From Thalia democratica (lineage: Eukaryota), in contig OZ241827.1 in NCBI GenBank assembly GCA_965202585.1, forward strand, positions 54,002,001 through 54,066,000: a DNA stretch of 64,000 nt, given 5' to 3'. Below, one piece after another: positions 63,201 through 64,000 of this stretch; position 1 is the stretch's first letter; every line of letters begins with the position of its first letter. The notes under the pieces were generated by a model. That model saw only the letters and a list, made by a program, of their open reading frames with translations, ran no database searches and was not told the origin of the DNA. Both the position numbers and the translations under genes were made by a program.

Positions 63201-63714
63201 CTATTAAATAATTTTTTATTGTTTTAATATTTTCAAACTTAGTCTATCATCTTAAAATTAAAACTAGTTCTAAGTAGAACTTTGTGAGATGACTTTAAAG
63301 TATAGTTATTTTAATTAGATTTTAGGTATCGCTACTTTAAAAACTATGATCTGATTTTATTTTTTATTGTTTGTAACCATCTGTCAACACTTGGCTTATA
63401 AAGTTTTTGCTTAGCTTACATAAAAACAAGTTTGTATAATTAAAGTTTTTTTTTTTTTTTGATTAAGAAAAAAATACATTTAGCAATTGTTTTTATTCAT
63501 AGCTTGTATGCTTATGATAAATAGTTTATATAATTTGCAACTAATATTTTTGATAGTTGTATTTCGTAATTAAGAAAAATTAAATGTTTTTATTTTCAGG
63601 CCATCGCGGTCCGACTTGAGCGTTTTGGATGACACGACGGCTACCTCCAAATATTGTCCAATCAAACAGCGAATCCTGGTTTCCGATTGTGACGTCAGCA
63701 AAACACTGCTGCAG
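48084..63714 (+). CDS. SHOC1-like: SHOC1 (C9orf84/Zip2)-like meiotic ZMM crossover protein, 3'-incomplete (window ends on the acceptor cccag at 64000)
   Basis: join(48084..48240,48957..49540,49810..49933,50283..50368 or ..50306,54360..54498,54565..54665,54980..55240,55415..55545,55643..55706,56045..56209,56585..56728,56827..56919,57153..57310,58181..58295,58577..58716,59461..59729,62795..62950,63600..63714,...). Colinear similarity to recalled human SHOC1: RYLGYDYL vs KYHAIDYL, YRELWKR vs FRRPWTR, LVDQFMQMR vs LLSDFIMLR, PILKEL vs PILKNL, ARFLCKQ vs TRFLLKE, FKQAV vs FKHAA, IDWNLFTHVVEY vs FPWSNFSFVVEY. Confidence 0.8.
48957..49540 (+). CDS. SHOC1-like: SHOC1-like exon 2 (acidic, 194 codons)
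   Basis: Lies within the 205-aa ORF. tag acceptor at 48956, donor GTGAAA at 49541. Confidence 0.8.
49810..49933 (+). CDS. SHOC1-like: SHOC1-like exon 3
   Basis: SVSLDFMECKNNFMKLL...VEEST, phase 0 to phase 1. Confidence 0.65.
50283..50368 (+). CDS. SHOC1-like: SHOC1-like exon 4 (donor uncertain)
   Basis: GVFLKDSSFYLKQQKTLWKEKLVDCLNK ends in phase 0 but the next exon starts in phase 1, so either the donor is at 50307 or an exon is missing. Confidence 0.45.
50373..50838. mobile_element. Degenerate MITE-like element
   Basis: AATAAATGATC...GATCATTTATT termini with internal repeated ATGACxCAAAAGTTTGAAC motifs. Confidence 0.45.
51577..52263. mobile_element. Kolobok-like MITE (GGG termini, TTAA-type target)
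   Basis: ttca|GGGCATAGAGG..GTCCA ... TGGAC..CCTCTATGCCC|ttaa, with a second inner inverted pair near 51796-51820 and 52035-52066. Confidence 0.6.
53070..54030 (-). mobile_element. 5'-truncated, decayed Penelope-like retroelement: RT C-terminus plus Cys-rich GIY-YIG endonuclease
   Basis: Minus-strand peptides across frameshifts and stops: IDYLDLNFNLLNHTFYPYRK, NHPPTILKQI, IIWFNPPYCKSVKTN, IKLSYSCM, SCNCRKK, LIYQATL, ICIGLS, ATELSKL, WKILK, CRLCLKEALLI, CINKRAELTYSCRHRNKLLL. Confidence 0.85.
54360..54665 (+). CDS. SHOC1-like: SHOC1-like exons 5-6 (54360-54498, 54565-54665)
   Basis: FFPAQKVVTED...SSFK, then a 66-nt GTAAGT..AG intron removing an in-frame TAA, then LDDLCVYALNKLE...LLLP. Confidence 0.65.
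54980..55706 (+). CDS. SHOC1-like: SHOC1-like exons 7-9 (54980-55240, 55415-55545, 55643-55706)
   Basis: Phase-consistent chain EPINAEKLC...YLVWEVAY.../LLHVEETK...ELAT/SSKTTPSP...NET. Confidence 0.75.
56045..57310 (+). CDS. SHOC1-like: SHOC1-like exons 10-13 (56045-56209, 56585-56728, 56827-56919, 57153-57310)
   Basis: ESLVDQFMQMRGKK; KVCKVEVK|GKALEFMLKVEDMLRPILKEL...ARFLCKQ. Confidence 0.8.
56340..56461. mobile_element. 122-bp MITE with about 36-bp TIRs flanked by TA
   Basis: TTACAAAATCAGGCAGTTACTCAGTTTCACCGCTGA ... TCAGCGGTAAAACTGAGTAAGTGCCTGATTTTGTAA. Confidence 0.75.
57507..57890. mobile_element. hAT-like MITE copy (degenerate left end)
   Basis: Ends TTGGCAACCCTG and shares internal sequence. 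Confidence 0.7.
58181..59729 (+). CDS. SHOC1-like: SHOC1-like exons 14-16 (58181-58295, 58577-58716, 59461-59729)
   Basis: LLEVFKQAVSVFQL..., FLQAILKQ...IKQLEQL, EPLVHPKLIFVRDLL...IRALIVC (degenerate helicase-like segment). Confidence 0.78.
59140..59233. mobile_element. hAT/Charlie-like right-end fragment
   Basis: GCGGCTCGC...GGTCCGCGA...AAAATTTGGCAACCC. Confidence 0.4.
60145..61908. mobile_element. Composite hAT-like element: left TIR, 41-bp repeats, internal right end (60418), about 1.3 kb cargo, repeats, right TIR; 8-bp TSD GTTATAAG
   Basis: TIR TAGTGATGTACCGGAC / GTCCGGTACATCACTA. GTTATAAG occurs at 60137-60144 and 61909-61916. Confidence 0.85.
60176..60350. repeat. 41-bp tandem repeat (CCGGCCGGAACCGGATCCGGAC-T8-CAAATTAGAAT), about 4 copies; second array 61720-61845
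   Basis: GAATCCGGCC-like motif recurs at 60212, 60253, 60294, 60336 and at 61749, 61790, 61831. Confidence 0.9.
62384..62455 (+). tRNA. trnP-AGG: tRNA-Pro (anticodon AGG), intronic in the SHOC1-like gene
   Basis: 72-nt GGCCCGTTGGTCTAGGGGTATGA...GGTTCAAATCCCGGACGGGCCC with intact acceptor, anticodon and T stems, A and B boxes, and a T7 Pol III terminator at 62459-62465. Confidence 0.95.
62795..62950 (+). CDS. SHOC1-like: SHOC1-like exon 17
   Basis: CQVLVIAEKMISEEIDWNLFTHVVEYE...FTLKII|gtaagt. Confidence 0.82.
63600..63714 (+). CDS. SHOC1-like: SHOC1-like exon 18
   Basis: PSRSDLSVLDD...ILVSDCDVSKTLLQ|gtattc. Confidence 0.75.
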
Positions 63715-64000
63715 GTATTCGAAGCGAGGTTTGTTGAACATTGCAGTTAAATTAAAAGTTTTTATCCAACATTAAAAAAGAAAAGAAACCATTATTCTTC
63801 TTACTTATAAACAAACGAAGTGTTTACTAGTTTATATATACAAAATATTGATCCAATATTGGTCCAAGACGTACTTAAATTGTTTTGTGACTGTTTAAAC
63901 TTTCACCTTTATTTTTTTTAATGTGCAAGTAACTCTGTTTATTTACATTAAGAATCTTTTGATTTACTTTTAAAAATGTGTTTTTAAATTTATTTCCCAG

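Overview
AT-rich, intron-rich invertebrate animal genomic DNA (eukaryotic; species not determinable). I reconstructed three spliced protein-coding genes by hand from GT/AG boundaries and codon phases: (1) a G12/13-class G-protein alpha subunit, + strand, 2405-20666, 8 exons, 369 aa; (2) an SLC38A9-like lysosomal amino-acid transporter, - strand, 31756-24030, 11 coding exons, about 477 aa, apparently lacking the long Rag/Ragulator-binding N-terminus; (3) a SHOC1/Zip2-like meiotic crossover gene, + strand, from 48084 and running off the window end (18 exons seen). An intronic tRNA-Pro(AGG) lies at 62384-62455. Non-coding DNA is dense in non-autonomous elements: a hAT-like MITE family with 6-bp TSDs, a 953-bp foldback palindrome, a composite hAT-like element bounded by an 8-bp TSD, pogo-like and Kolobok-like MITEs, and a decayed Penelope-like RT/GIY-YIG fragment. 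Most notable unexplained signals: several dispersed minimal type-I hammerhead-ribozyme-like motifs sharing one geometry, and decayed duplicates of exon boundaries in two genes. Protein family assignments rest on my recall of the human and zebrafish sequences, not on database searches.
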